The notes: generated from the letters alone by a model not told the origin. 64,000 nt of DNA from Limisphaerales bacterium (GCA_044225505.1 JBGAIN010000003.1:1-64000), one strand, 5' to 3'. Positions 28,948 to 40,133 are shown, numbered from the stretch's first letter. Numbers and translations are program-made.

Positions 28948-31900
28948 GTGAAAACCATTCCCATTCTCAAACTCACCTTGCGCCTCCTCGCGCTGCCGAT
29001 CGCAGCGCAAATGGGCAATCCGGTCAACGCGGACACGGCTCCCGCCGGAGCAGACACTTACATCAACCAAAACCAGCTAACCCAGAATAATGGCCCGGAC
29101 ACGAGCCTCTTTGTTCGAAATTCGGGCGCCGGGGGCCTACGCCAAACTTACTTGCGTTTTGACCTCACGGGTTATCCAGTAACCCCGATTTCGTCGGCTA
29201 CTCTGAGACTCTGGCCAAGGACTGTCGACGAACCGGGTCGTCTTGATTTTTATCTCGTCCAAGGGACCTGGAGCGAGAGCACCCTGACCTTCAACAACAA
29301 GCCTGCGTTGGCAGCCGCTCCGTTCGCAAGTGTCCCGGTCACTGCTGCGTCCGAAGGTATCTTTCTAAACGTGAACCTGACGGCCCAGGTTGCTGGGTGG
29401 CTCAACGGAAGTATCCCCAACTTCGGCATTGCCATCCTGCCTTCTGCAGCCGACCCAGTTCGCGCCGAATTTGATAGCAAGGAAAATGTCAATACTAGCC
29501 ATGGGCCAGAACTGGAAATCTTGATGGCAGGTGTGCCAGGTCCCGCGGGTCCACCCGGACCGCAAGGCCCCGCAGGAACGGTCGGTCCGGTAGGACCAAC
29601 GGGCCCGCCCGGCGCACAAGGGGTCCAAGGGATCCCGGGAGCGACTGGGCTCACGGGCGCCGAAGGGCCACAAGGCCCGCAAGGTGTCCCAGGCGTCGCG
29701 GGAATTCCCGGACCGCAAGGTCCAGCGGGGCCGCAAGGTCCTCCCGGCCCTCCAGGAGCAAGTGTCGTTGAAGGAAGCTGTGCCAACGGCTTTTTCCGAG
29801 GTCACACGCCGGTGCCAGCGGCGCATGGCCTGTTCGCTTCGGTAACAGCATTGGCAGACGGTCGGATTGTCCTGGTTGGGGGAAGGATCTGGCCCGAAGG
29901 AGCCGCGATTGGCGCCATTACACTCTATTCACTCGCAACGGATTCTTTTTCCAGCGCAAGCCTGGTGCACGCACGCTTCGCCCACACAGCGACCTTACTG
30001 ACCAGCGGCCAGCACGCCGGAAAAATTCTGATCGCAGGCGGCACGACCGGTGTCCCCACATCGGATGTCGAATTGTTTGATCCGTCGACCGGCACTTCGT
30101 CCAGTTTCGGCCAGTTACTCCAGCCGCGGATGTACCATACAGCAACGTTGCTGCCGAATGGCAAAATTCTAATTGTGGGCGGCCGCAGTGGATTACCGAT
30201 TTTGGCCGATGCCGAAGAATATGATCCTGCCACGATGACGTCCACCGCGACCGGCAACGCGCCGAGTGTCGCTCGTTACGGCCATGAGGCCATCGCTTTG
30301 CCCAATGGACAAGTCATGGTGGCTGGGGGTTACGGACTTGGCGACCTGGCAATCGCCACCGTGGAGTTCTATGATCCCACAACTCGGACATTCGCGCCGG
30401 GACCGAGTATGATGCGGCCGCGCGGCGATTTTGCCTCCGTGCTATTGAACGACGGTCGAGTGCTTCTCGCTGCCGGAGCAGGACCCGACGCAGGTGGGGC
30501 AAGCCTGTGTCTTACCTCCGAAATATACGATCCCGCTCTGCAGAGTTATCAAGAGGTTCCTCATGTCGTTCCCCGCTCCTTGCCGCAAGCGGTCAAACTA
30601 TTGAACGGAAACGTTCTCGTAGTCGGCGGATTCGATGGTGGCATCCAGCTCAGTGATAGCGAGCTGTTCGTGCCCACCGTCAATGACTTCATTCCCTCCG
30701 GCTCCATGCGAGACACTCGCGGTGGAGCAAAGGCCGCGCTTTTGCTCGACGGGACTGTTTTTGTCGCCGCCGGTTACAACGCCGCTTCGGGTAACTTGAC
30801 CAGCGCAGAAGTGTTTGTTTCCCTGGCGTGCAGTGGTCCTGGACCGCAAGGTCCGGAAGGGCCGGTAGGCCCGCCAGGACCTCCAGGTCCAGCTGGGGCT
30901 CAGGGAATACAGGGAATCGCAGGCCCGCCCGGGGAACCTGGACCGCAAGGCCTACAGGGACTGATCGGCCCTCAGGGCGAACCGGGGCCTCAAGGTTTGC
31001 AGGGGATCCAGGGACCGATCGGCCTCACGGGGGCAACCGGTCTCCAGGGAGATCCAGGTCCACAAGGCATTCCCGGAGTTCCCGGACCTCAAGGGGAAAC
31101 CGGCCCAGCAGGGGCTAAAGGGTTGAACTGGGCAGGTCCTTGGACAGGCACAGCCAGTTATCAAATCGATGACGCGGTCTCGTTCGGTGGCTCCGCGTGG
31201 ATTGCCCTGGCGGCCAACACTAGCTCAACGCCCTCCGTGATTAACGCTGACTGGGATTTGTTAGCGAGCAAAGGCGATTCCGGGGCAAGCGGGCCGTGGC
31301 TCTTGAACGGCTCCGACATGTATTACCTTTCAGGTAACGTCGGTGTGGGAACCTCAACACCTTCCGCCAAGTTGGACGTCGCTGGCATTCTCCGCACTGC
31401 CGAGTTCCAGCTTGGAATCTCAACAATCGCAGGCAACGTCCTGACCGCGGACAGTAATGGGTTGGGCTCTTGGGCTCCACTGCCGCCGCTTCCCGCATCG
31501 CTGCCGCCCAATGGACCCGCTGGCGGTGATCTCACAGGAACCTACCCAAACCCGACCGTCGGCCTTGGAGCCATCACAACCTCAAAGCTTGGCGATGCCC
31601 AAGTTACCGATGCCAAGATTGCCGCAGTGGCTTTTTCCAAAGTCACTGGCGTTCCCGCTTTCCTTACGAACGGCGATGCCGCTGGCGGTAGTCTCACGGG
31701 CACTTACCCGAATCCTGGGATTGCCCCTCAAGCGGTCACCGCGACCGAACTCGCCAATAACTCTGTGACAAGCGCCAAGATTGCGGACGGCACCGTCACT
31801 TCAGGGGACATTGCCGATGCCACGATCGCAGCGTCAGACTTGTCGAACGGTGCTGTAACTGCCTCAAAAATCGCGGGCGGCGCCGTGACCGCGACTGCCC

Positions 31901-33102
31901 TGGCGTTAGAACCGGCGTCGTTGAATCGGGTCTCAGGAGGTGGAATGACCGCGGTAAACAATGGCGTGGGAGGAATCAACATTGGCGTGTCCATTGCCAA
32001 CCCAGGATTCCCTTTCGATGTGGGTTACCCCATGCGCGTTCGCAGCTACGATGGCACCGACGCTGGCGCCTCCGTTTTCTTCTACTCCAAACTCGGCACG
32101 GCGGATCGTGGCCAAGTCGGAATGCCGGATGCCAACCATATCGGATTTGCCGGCGGACCTGGTTTGACCGGCTGGAATCTGTTGATGGATGTCACCAACG
32201 GCCGCGTGGGAGTGAACACGTCCACCCCAACGGACACGCTCCACGTCAACGGCACGCTCCGTGTGGAAGGGCAAAGCATATTCTCGAATCAGCTCAACCT
32301 TGCCCCCGGAGTCAACATCGCTTCGACCGGCGCGTTTCAACTGCAGACCGGAACGACCACGCCGCTCTATTTGAACCCGTTTAGCGGCGGCCAGGTGATT
32401 GTGGGCAGCACGGGCGACGATGTCTCCCTCAGCGTCATCGGAGGCATCAACGCCGCCGGAACGGTCGAGTTGTTCGACGAGGACGGCAGTCCGTCTCTCG
32501 ATTTCCATTACGCCAATACGCTCGCTGACTATAGCGTGCGGTTGATCGCCGACGGCCCCTCGAAACTTACGTTGCAAGGAGATCTCGTGGTGACCGGTTC
32601 CGCCGCAAAACCAGGGGGCGGCAGTTGGGCTGCGACCTCGGATCGCCGGTTGAAAAAGAACATCCTCACACTGCAACCGCCGCTCTCCAAGTTACTGCAG
32701 TTGCGAGGGGTGAACTTTGAATTCATCGATCCCGCCGCCATTGGCGAATTGTCTGGAGTCCACACCGGATTTGTCGCTCAGGAAGTAGAGGCGGTATTCC
32801 CGGAGTGGGTGGGGCAGCGCGCCGATGGCTTCAAAGCTGTCTCCATCTCAGGCTTTGAAGCATTGGCTGTGGAATCTCTGCGGGAACTTAAGAACGAAAA
32901 GGACGCCCAGATTGAGGCGCTGCAAAAGCGCGTCGCTGAGCTCGAACAGCAAAACTACCGAATAGCTGAGGAAGGCCGAGCGCAATCCTCTCGATTGACA
33001 TCACTCGAGCAACGGCTCCACGCGCTGAGCGAAGGCTTCCTGAATAACAAGCCAGCTTCATCAGCAAACGCCTACCGGACGGCGTCACCGACATCGTTCT
33101 AA
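28948..33102 (+). CDS. Secreted fibre-like protein: DNRLRE-type domain, collagen, 7 Kelch repeats, collagen, CBM-like module, repeat shaft, peptidase S74 chaperone, coiled coil
   Basis: [28 protein letters not shown]; 26 and 32 Gly-X-Y triplets; HTATLL..ILI.GG..E.YDP repeats; [15 protein letters not shown] repeat x2; VTSAKIADG repeats; [30 protein letters not shown]. Start set at GTG 28948. Confidence 0.88.
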   Translation: MKTIPILKLTLRLLALPIAAQMGNPVNADTAPAGADTYINQNQLTQNNGPDTSLFVRNSGAGGLRQTYLRFDLTGYPVTPISSATLRLWPRTVDEPGRLDFYLVQGTWSESTLTFNNKPALAAAPFASVPVTAASEGIFLNVNLTAQVAGWLNGSIPNFGIAILPSAADPVRAEFDSKENVNTSHGPELEILMAGVPGPAGPPGPQGPAGTVGPVGPTGPPGAQGVQGIPGATGLTGAEGPQGPQGVPGVAGIPGPQGPAGPQGPPGPPGASVVEGSCANGFFRGHTPVPAAHGLFASVTALADGRIVLVGGRIWPEGAAIGAITLYSLATDSFSSASLVHARFAHTATLLTSGQHAGKILIAGGTTGVPTSDVELFDPSTGTSSSFGQLLQPRMYHTATLLPNGKILIVGGRSGLPILADAEEYDPATMTSTATGNAPSVARYGHEAIALPNGQVMVAGGYGLGDLAIATVEFYDPTTRTFAPGPSMMRPRGDFASVLLNDGRVLLAAGAGPDAGGASLCLTSEIYDPALQSYQEVPHVVPRSLPQAVKLLNGNVLVVGGFDGGIQLSDSELFVPTVNDFIPSGSMRDTRGGAKAALLLDGTVFVAAGYNAASGNLTSAEVFVSLACSGPGPQGPEGPVGPPGPPGPAGAQGIQGIAGPPGEPGPQGLQGLIGPQGEPGPQGLQGIQGPIGLTGATGLQGDPGPQGIPGVPGPQGETGPAGAKGLNWAGPWTGTASYQIDDAVSFGGSAWIALAANTSSTPSVINADWDLLASKGDSGASGPWLLNGSDMYYLSGNVGVGTSTPSAKLDVAGILRTAEFQLGISTIAGNVLTADSNGLGSWAPLPPLPASLPPNGPAGGDLTGTYPNPTVGLGAITTSKLGDAQVTDAKIAAVAFSKVTGVPAFLTNGDAAGGSLTGTYPNPGIAPQAVTATELANNSVTSAKIADGTVTSGDIADATIAASDLSNGAVTASKIAGGAVTATALALEPASLNRVSGGGMTAVNNGVGGINIGVSIANPGFPFDVGYPMRVRSYDGTDAGASVFFYSKLGTADRGQVGMPDANHIGFAGGPGLTGWNLLMDVTNGRVGVNTSTPTDTLHVNGTLRVEGQSIFSNQLNLAPGVNIASTGAFQLQTGTTTPLYLNPFSGGQVIVGSTGDDVSLSVIGGINAAGTVELFDEDGSPSLDFHYANTLADYSVRLIADGPSKLTLQGDLVVTGSAAKPGGGSWAATSDRRLKKNILTLQPPLSKLLQLRGVNFEFIDPAAIGELSGVHTGFVAQEVEAVFPEWVGQRADGFKAVSISGFEALAVESLRELKNEKDAQIEALQKRVAELEQQNYRIAEEGRAQSSRLTSLEQRLHALSEGFLNNKPASSANAYRTASPTSF
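29530..29763 (+). repeat. Collagen Gly-X-Y tract 1 (26 triplets)
   Basis: Uninterrupted from GVP to GAS. Confidence 0.95.
30841..31128 (+). repeat. Collagen Gly-X-Y tract 2 (32 triplets)
   Basis: Uninterrupted from GPQ to GLN. Confidence 0.95.
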
Positions 33103-33122
33103 GGCCAATCTAGCCGGTCAAT

Positions 33123-33182
33123 GCTCCCGCGGACTAAATTGTGGGAGCCTCGAGGCCACCGCCGTCAGGCGGCTGGCCTCGA
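33123..33182. terminator. Two tandem hairpins between convergent genes (terminator or stabiliser)
   Basis: GCTCCCGCGG-ACTAAA-TTGTGGGAGC (with G-U pairs), then TCGAGGCCA-CCGCC-GTCA-GGCGG-C-TGGCCTCGA. No clear U-tract. Confidence 0.45.
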
Positions 33183-33365
33183 TCATTGATATCCCTTGCC
33201 ACTCCGCAGCCTCGTGTCCGGCAAACTCTAATCTTCGGGGGGTTTGTCGGGGGTTTGGGGTCACCGGAGCAAGTCAAGTCAGGCAATAGTCCAACAGCCA
33301 CAGCTCATGCTCCCGCAGGCGTGGGCGCAGCTTGGCCCAAGACGCCTCCCGGTCACACGTCCCGT

Positions 33366-36300
33366 TCAGGGGCCAATCGCTCGATAGTATCGACGCGGCT
33401 GCGCACCCGCAGCGGGGTCCCGTACCACCGTCGGACCGGCAGTGACGACGATGTTGGTGAAGTCCGCCCATGTCCTCAGATCGAAGGATGTCTGGATCCG
33501 GTAGGGTCCCGGTGGGTTGGCGCTCACGCGGAACTCGAACTCGCCGGTGCTCAGCAGCCGCGGCTCTGCCAGACCGAGCTCGGAATAACTGATCGGAAAG
33601 ACTACGATCTGCACGGAGCTGTCCTCGTACCGGGCCAGTAGGCTGGCGCGCAGGCCGGCCTCGGGACAGAGCTGGAGCTGGCTGTAGTAGCCTGTGCGAC
33701 TGGCCGATACTTTGCGTGGTTCGGTAACAAGACTGCCGGTCGCACTGGTGAAGGCACTCCAAATCCCATTCGCGTTGGCGCCTTCGGTCCAGCACAAGAG
33801 GAACAGGGCGTTCCCTTGATTCGAAAGCGCCGCCAGGCTGACCTCGCCCGGCGTCACACCCACGACCGGCCGGCTCAGCTCCTTCCACGCCCCCGAAACG
33901 GTTGACCGCAATAAGCCGATCTCGTCCGAGGCGAACGCGCAGGCAAGCACAAATCCTCCAGCGCCATCGGGAGCGAGACTAAGCCCGGGCGCGGCATTGG
34001 TGGCAATGACTTGGGCGGGCGATACGGCCGTGCCATCCCAATCAAGGGCGCGTATTTCCCCGGACTCTTCGGTGTAGGCGACGACTCCCCTGCCCAAGGC
34101 CGGTCCAGCCGTCCCGGCGGCAGTGAGAGCGGCCAAGGGCCGATCCAGCACCGGGGTGGATAATGGAGACCAGCTTGCGCCGTTCCAGACGGTCAGGCTG
34201 ATGGACTGGGACGCACTCACCGGACCATCCGCACTCCTCCGCAAGGCCAGGCCGGCGTTGGAGCCAAGCGGAATGAGCAGAAGTTGGGAAGCCACGTCCT
34301 CGAGCGACGCGAGAACCGACGGCGTTGACCAGGTAGAGCCGGTAGGATCGGATAAAGAAAACCGCAGCGTGGTAGCGGGAAACGGATTGTCCAGATCTGC
34401 GGCGGCAAGCTCGCTCCAGACGGCCAGCCAACCGGTGGCGAGTGGCAGCAGCGACGAAGCGACCACCCCAGGCGCGACGGCCACGGTGACGGGCTCACGC
34501 CAGCCCGAACCCGATTGAAAGCTGCTCAAGAGCCGCATTTGGCCGGTGGCAGGGTCCGGCGAAACGAAGAGCAGGCCACAACGGCTGCCAGCTCCGCTGG
34601 CAAAGGAGCTGGTCGGCGGGAGATGGTCGACAAGATTAGACTGGGTTGGATTGAATTGGACGAGAGGACCCTGGCCAGGGCGGAGGATTTGACGTGCCAC
34701 TTGGATGGGAATGAGCTGAAAGACCGGTTCGGTGCCGAACTGGAAATCGAATTCAAGGAAGCGCCAGTCCCAGCTTGCGCCCAGGCGGGTGATCCAAAGA
34801 TCCAGGTAAGCGTCCAGATGGGCGTTGAACGCGCCTTGAATCCGCTGAAGAGGCGGCCAGTCCCCGAGCGTGTTGGGCGTCACGCGCACCGATGGTTCCC
34901 CAGCGCAGTCGTTGCCTTCCATGGAGAGGGACCCACTGGCCCCGGCCTTGCCCCCCAGCAGGACCGCGCGCAAGCCCGCCCCAAAATTGAAGCATAGGTC
35001 GAATTGACTCGCCCGTTGGGTCAGCCCTTCTTTCCCCCCAATAAAGTGCCGCCGCAGCACCTGAGGGTCGGGATGGGGCGAAGTGAAATCGCGCACGGGC
35101 GGAAAAGTAGTCTGCCAGGAGAGCGAGCTTTCCAAGCCGACGCCCGCCTTCAGGTCGGCGAAGAATTGCGCGGCGCGAATCTCATCTAAAGTGGCGAAGA
35201 TAGGACCGACATACGGAAGGCGGCTGGTGATCGGCCGCAAGTTGAGCGAAGCCGCGACGTCCACCCGACCGGTCACACCGTGGGTGACTTCAAATTCGAA
35301 CGGCCGAGCGAGGTCAAAATTGCGGATGGAACTGGAGGCGCCTCGAATGAACACCCCCGCTTCCGGCTGGATGCTCTCGCGGAAGGCAAGCGGCAGGAGC
35401 CCGGCAAAGTCAATTTCGTCCTTCGCCAGTTCAGCTCCCAGCGCCAGATAAGCGCGTCCTTGAGAACCATCGAGGCCAAACTGCAAGTCGGCGGCAAAGT
35501 CCATCCCCAGGAAGTTCGGGCCTAACTGGAGCAAGCCGGCCACCGGCGCGTCCATCCCTTCCTTCCACTCGACTTTCATGGTGTAATCGTAGGCCAGAAA
35601 GCCATCCGCATTCGTGCTGATCCGCGCGGTGGGATTGGGCAGCGGGAGGAAGCGGCCGGCCGGGACGATGCTCTTCAACGCATTGGCGGTCGCTTGCGTA
35701 CCCGCCGCCACCCCGAGGAGATCGGATGCGCCGGCCATCCAGGGGGGAAGCCGCACGCCTTCGAGTTGATGCTTGGCCGAAGGATACGTGTAGTTGGTCA
35801 GCACGGAAACAGCACCCCCTTGCGTCACCGCCACGAAAACAGGATCGATGAAGCCCGCGGGCAGTTGCCAAAGCGGGAGCTGATGGGTCGCGCGGACCAC
35901 CGTCGGGTCGGGCGTGGGGCGGAAGGTGGAAACGACCCTATGAAAGACGTTGCTGAGGCTGCGGCTCCGGATGGCCTCAAGCCACGCGTGAAGGGCGGCG
36001 GGCTGATCTGCGGGCGGAACGGTCAGCGGTAATCCTGGGTCATTGTAACTGCTCGAGGCAAACGATCGAGGAACCACCAACCAAATCTCGGAGAGCGCAT
36101 CCGTGTACTGGAGGGGAGGACTGGGCAAAGCAGCGCCTTCCGCCGTGTCGAAGCGCGGCGGCGAATAGTCGTAGGTTTGGAGCTCGATTTCCGCGCTCCA
36201 AGTGAGCGTGAGCGGCGCGCGTTCATCGAAAAAGCCGGCCTTTTTCACTCCAGGCAAGAATAGTCCAAAACGGTCGAACTTTACTTGCCGAATCTGCGGC

Positions 36301-39300
36301 GGCGGCAGTGGATCGAGCCGCGCATCGATGACCAACTCGAGTGCATCCGGATCCCCCTCCGAAGGAATGGCGTCCCCCGGGGTAACCCGCTTGAAGGATG
36401 GAATGAAACCGGGCGCCGTGACTTCGAGGTAGAGGGTTTGGGTGTTGGGCAAGGCCGACGGCGAAGCGAACGTGCCATCCACTTGGTTGGTCAGCTGCCC
36501 AACCAAGCTCCCGAATCGGTCGAAGATACGCACCAAAGCTCCGCGCAACGGCCCGGCCGGCGCGGCGGTGTTGGTGACCGAGCCCCTTAGCCCGAGCCCC
36601 CGCCGCATTTGGGCGGTAAATCGCAGCGTCGGGCTCAGCGGATCGATCAACTCCGTCGCGTAGGAAACGGTCTGCCAGTGCGCATTGAAGGGAGGCCGCG
36701 AGCCGAGCTGATTGGTAATTCCATTGAGGGTTTGGCCGGCCATCGGCACGGTCCCGGCCCCGTTGCCGAGCTCGACAAACGTGCCGGAGACGTTCATGAG
36801 CGGGTCGTCCGCATTGATCGAGACCAGCGTCAGATTGTAGGCCGGGGCGGGCGGCGGCGCATTCGCGTTGTCGTTCGGCCCGCCCACCCAGATCACGGCC
36901 TGCACGTCGCCCGACGCGCCCGCCTGACCGCGATACCATTTGTCATCGAATTGGATCCAGTAATCGAATTCTCCCGGCGGCAAGGGCGGGTGAAACCCGC
37001 GCAGAGGGAGGATCGCTGGATAAGCGAAGAGCTTCGTGCCAGCATAAGCCGGAGAAACAAAGGCAAGGCGGTCGGGCTCGGTGATGATCTCGGGTGGTTC
37101 CACGTACTCTTGCGTGAAGATGCTCAGGGCATGCACCTCCAGCCTTAACGATCGTCCCGAGGTGTCAAACGTGCCAGTCCCGCCGCTTGGATCCTCCGCG
37201 ATCCCTAACGGCGCCACAAAATCCAGCTGGCTTGGATTGGACGACGGCAGCACTCCGGGCGGTTGCCACTCCGGCAGGACGCGGACGAGGGAATGGCGCG
37301 AGTAACTCTGCGTTTCCACATCCCAAAAGCTAAACGTCCTTCGAGGAACCGAAACCGTCAGGGTATTGGTTCCCGGCTTGAGGCCGGCGAATTCGATGAG
37401 CGCGGGATTGAACGGCTGGTCCAACCCAAACGCACGGAGCGGTTGAGTCAGGACGGTGCCATCGCCCGCAAGGAGCGTTGCGCTCGCGCCACCCAGAACG
37501 ATCTCGTCGTAGAATTGGAACGGCACGATTTGGGGATTGCGCTGGTCGAGGCTGAGCACACTCAAGACCAGGTAGCGCGTGGGCATGCTAAGTTCGGAAT
37601 AAAGGAATTGGCGCAAGTAAGCCTGTTGCCGGTGCACGAAGAGATCGAGTTGATACTCGCGCCGCGGCAGCATAACCAACGGCACTCCGCCGTTGGTCGT
37701 GCCGTTGGCCGGAGGCACTCCCCCGTACGGCCAGGCAAACGCAAACGGCCAGCCCTGCGACCGGCCGCTTTTCCCGGTCAAATCGAGCACCTGCACATGA
37801 TTCCCCCAATAATTCGACAGGCCCGGCACCCGCACCCCGTAGCGTGCCGGCACCAGATCGATCGCAAACTGTCCAGCTTCATCGGCCTCAGCGGTCAGGA
37901 TATTCGCATCCAGCGCGAGCAACCCATCCGGGCCGTACTCGATGAACTCAATTCCCGCCTGCTCGCGGGGTCGGTAGATCGGCTTGCGTTCGTTGCGGTT
38001 TCCTTGGCCGACCGGAAGCGCGAAGGCGCCTAACTCCTCCGCAGCCCAAAGCCGGCCCCGCACCCGGGCAGTTCCTGGGTCGAGCGCCAGTTCCGCTTCC
38101 GTCGTGCGGCCCGGGAGGATCTCGAAGTAGTCCGAACCGGAGAATGCTGGCTGGAAGCCGGTTTGGGCGTTGCTCGCGCCCGGGCCGTCCACGGTGACCT
38201 GGTATCGACCCGCAACCAGATTGGTGAAGAGTCGGATATTGGCAGGAGTGCCGTTGGTTAATCTCCGTTCAATCCCTTCAGTCCCGGAATCCCTGAGGCC
38301 GCGCAACCAGACAGGCAAGCCGCTGAACAAGTGCGCCTTCTGGGCTTGGTAGGCCGACACAAGTGTTAGGCGCAGTTCGGCTGGCTCAAAGACAGGCTGG
38401 AGCACGATGGTCTCGCTGGGCAACCGTCCTTCGACATCGGGATAAACAAGTTGCTCGGCTTGGGCATAGCTCAAGCGCTTGCCTTGGAAACGCCACGCAA
38501 TCGCCGGCAACCCGGTGAACGTGATCAAGCCATTCGTATCCGTCACACCGCTGCGGGTGGGTACAAGCGTCCGGGCTGGGTCGGCGGGATCGACACCCGT
38601 CAAATCGACTCCGTAATTCTTCAAAGGCAGAACCGCTTGCGCGACCGGATCGAACCCGATGACTTGCGCGGTGAGGCTTTGCGGAATCGGCTTGAGCAGG
38701 ACATTCGCCAAGTGGTCTTGCTGCAGCAGCCTCTTGTCATCCGGCGTCCCGAGCGTTGTGTACGGATCGTAAAACCCCTTGCTCAGGGCCGCCCCACCCG
38801 CCCGGTTCGCCTCAAATCGATAAAAGCCCGGCCGCATTCCCCGCAGCACCAGGTAGCCCCGCCCGTCCGTGGGCGCGATCGTCGTCTCGGCCGGCATCGC
38901 GTCCGCGACATTCGTAAAAAGCTGCGCCGCGACTGGCACGCCTGCCAACTGCAGCCCAGACGTTACGTCCGCCACTTGCACATAAATGTCGAAACGATTG
39001 GTCGAGCTGGGCTCCAGCAGAAACTTCCGCCGGAGCACGCCGCCCGATGGAATCGAGACCGCACCGCCAAACGGGAGATACGCCGGATGCTCGATCACAA
39101 TCCGATCCACTCCGTTGGTCAGGCCGTCCAACGTGAAAAAACCGAAGGTGGAAGAACTGGTGCGGCCCGCCGATGGCCCACTGATCGTTATCCGGGCGCC
39201 TTCCACCGGCATGCCCGTGAGGGAATCGGCGACATACCCGCGGACGCGCCCGGCCGCAGGGGATCCTGCTTTGCTGACGGCACTCCACCCGTCCAGCACA

Positions 39301-39335
39301 ACGCCGAGCGCCAGAATTATAAAAAGCCGTCCCAT
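33366..39335 (-). CDS. Giant secreted 1989-aa protein with carboxypeptidase-regulatory-like (Cna-B-type) domains and a C-terminal YYRA domain
   Basis: Signal peptide; VRGYVADSLTGMPVEGARITI..GFFTL and LRGSVTN..PLRGALVRI..EVTAPGF; ends YRIQTSFDLRTW..VVRDP..RRYYRAIGP. Confidence 0.8.
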   Translation of the reverse strand: MGRLFIILALGVVLDGWSAVSKAGSPAAGRVRGYVADSLTGMPVEGARITISGPSAGRTSSSTFGFFTLDGLTNGVDRIVIEHPAYLPFGGAVSIPSGGVLRRKFLLEPSSTNRFDIYVQVADVTSGLQLAGVPVAAQLFTNVADAMPAETTIAPTDGRGYLVLRGMRPGFYRFEANRAGGAALSKGFYDPYTTLGTPDDKRLLQQDHLANVLLKPIPQSLTAQVIGFDPVAQAVLPLKNYGVDLTGVDPADPARTLVPTRSGVTDTNGLITFTGLPAIAWRFQGKRLSYAQAEQLVYPDVEGRLPSETIVLQPVFEPAELRLTLVSAYQAQKAHLFSGLPVWLRGLRDSGTEGIERRLTNGTPANIRLFTNLVAGRYQVTVDGPGASNAQTGFQPAFSGSDYFEILPGRTTEAELALDPGTARVRGRLWAAEELGAFALPVGQGNRNERKPIYRPREQAGIEFIEYGPDGLLALDANILTAEADEAGQFAIDLVPARYGVRVPGLSNYWGNHVQVLDLTGKSGRSQGWPFAFAWPYGGVPPANGTTNGGVPLVMLPRREYQLDLFVHRQQAYLRQFLYSELSMPTRYLVLSVLSLDQRNPQIVPFQFYDEIVLGGASATLLAGDGTVLTQPLRAFGLDQPFNPALIEFAGLKPGTNTLTVSVPRRTFSFWDVETQSYSRHSLVRVLPEWQPPGVLPSSNPSQLDFVAPLGIAEDPSGGTGTFDTSGRSLRLEVHALSIFTQEYVEPPEIITEPDRLAFVSPAYAGTKLFAYPAILPLRGFHPPLPPGEFDYWIQFDDKWYRGQAGASGDVQAVIWVGGPNDNANAPPPAPAYNLTLVSINADDPLMNVSGTFVELGNGAGTVPMAGQTLNGITNQLGSRPPFNAHWQTVSYATELIDPLSPTLRFTAQMRRGLGLRGSVTNTAAPAGPLRGALVRIFDRFGSLVGQLTNQVDGTFASPSALPNTQTLYLEVTAPGFIPSFKRVTPGDAIPSEGDPDALELVIDARLDPLPPPQIRQVKFDRFGLFLPGVKKAGFFDERAPLTLTWSAEIELQTYDYSPPRFDTAEGAALPSPPLQYTDALSEIWLVVPRSFASSSYNDPGLPLTVPPADQPAALHAWLEAIRSRSLSNVFHRVVSTFRPTPDPTVVRATHQLPLWQLPAGFIDPVFVAVTQGGAVSVLTNYTYPSAKHQLEGVRLPPWMAGASDLLGVAAGTQATANALKSIVPAGRFLPLPNPTARISTNADGFLAYDYTMKVEWKEGMDAPVAGLLQLGPNFLGMDFAADLQFGLDGSQGRAYLALGAELAKDEIDFAGLLPLAFRESIQPEAGVFIRGASSSIRNFDLARPFEFEVTHGVTGRVDVAASLNLRPITSRLPYVGPIFATLDEIRAAQFFADLKAGVGLESSLSWQTTFPPVRDFTSPHPDPQVLRRHFIGGKEGLTQRASQFDLCFNFGAGLRAVLLGGKAGASGSLSMEGNDCAGEPSVRVTPNTLGDWPPLQRIQGAFNAHLDAYLDLWITRLGASWDWRFLEFDFQFGTEPVFQLIPIQVARQILRPGQGPLVQFNPTQSNLVDHLPPTSSFASGAGSRCGLLFVSPDPATGQMRLLSSFQSGSGWREPVTVAVAPGVVASSLLPLATGWLAVWSELAAADLDNPFPATTLRFSLSDPTGSTWSTPSVLASLEDVASQLLLIPLGSNAGLALRRSADGPVSASQSISLTVWNGASWSPLSTPVLDRPLAALTAAGTAGPALGRGVVAYTEESGEIRALDWDGTAVSPAQVIATNAAPGLSLAPDGAGGFVLACAFASDEIGLLRSTVSGAWKELSRPVVGVTPGEVSLAALSNQGNALFLLCWTEGANANGIWSAFTSATGSLVTEPRKVSASRTGYYSQLQLCPEAGLRASLLARYEDSSVQIVVFPISYSELGLAEPRLLSTGEFEFRVSANPPGPYRIQTSFDLRTWADFTNIVVTAGPTVVRDPAAGAQPRRYYRAIGP

Positions 39336-39380
39336 GCTTTTGTTGCCGGCCTACGTGGAAACCAAAGCAACCTCCTAGCA

Positions 39381-39400
39381 ATTGCCAGGGGAATGTCAAT
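39381..39400 (-). promoter_or_regulatory. Inverted repeat overlapping a perfect -35 hexamer upstream of the 1989-aa gene
   Basis: ATTGCCA-N6-TGTCAAT; minus-strand TTGACA at 39399-39394. The -10 element is weak. Confidence 0.3.
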
Positions 39401-39769
39401 GCGGCAGTTGCTCAACCCGCGAGGCGCATATCACCGTCGCGGGGTCAGGGATGAATCAGTGCATATTTACCGACAACGAACGTGGCCGGCGTTCGCCTCG
39501 CTCTCCTGCCGCTCCGCATTCCCATGATGCCTCCAAATCTTCTCGTCCGTCTAGGCCAGCAACTCAGGGAGGTCTCGTGTCACCCGAGCAAGTTGCTGGC
39601 ATCCTGAATAGTGGCCATTTTACTATCGTTAACGAGGAGGCCATGGCTCGCTTTTGGGGCCCGTTTCTTGACCGCAAGGGAGGCAATGGGGTCGTATCTA
39701 AATAGTTGACATCGTTTGCTGGAGAGCCACGACAAAGCGTTGGCGCTTCGGATCATCGGGCAGCGCCGG

Positions 39770-39905
39770 CGCACAAGGGCGTGCACCTCCAGCCCATAGT
39801 GCTCCGGCAACTCCCCCACCGCGCCCAGAAACCGCTGCCGATCCGCGTCGCCCCAAAAACAACGCTTCTCCTCGATGCCCCCAATCCATGACGTGACACC
39901 ACGCT
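39770..39905 (-). mobile_element. Frameshifted 5' remnant of an IS200-family Y1 / REP-associated tyrosine transposase
   Basis: AWCHVMDWGHRGEALF, then a frameshift to DADRQRFLGAVGELPEHYGLEVHALV. This matches the RAYT-type N-terminus (YHVxxRG..IF..DR..FL...LHAY) and stops just before the HUH motif. Confidence 0.7.
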
Positions 39906-40133
39906 CTAAATGCGCAGGTCTCTCGCAAAAAGCATGAGGTGATCGGATGATTGCCGCTGCACATTAATAGGCTTGTCGCAGCGGCGGTAGAATTGTTAGA
40001 ACACATTCCAGCGAAATTTTGGGCTCTGGGGTCAATGGACGCGCGCCGCATCACGCCAGACTGGGAACCAGTCTTCCCAGTTTATGAGCTACTGGCTCGT
40101 GCGCCCTGACTCTCCTTTAGTATTACGCTGTTT

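Noticed and set aside
28948..33102. Prophage, suggested by the S74 tail-fibre chaperone
   Set aside because: No integrase, capsid, terminase or tail genes in the window, and the protein has a signal-peptide-like N-terminus.
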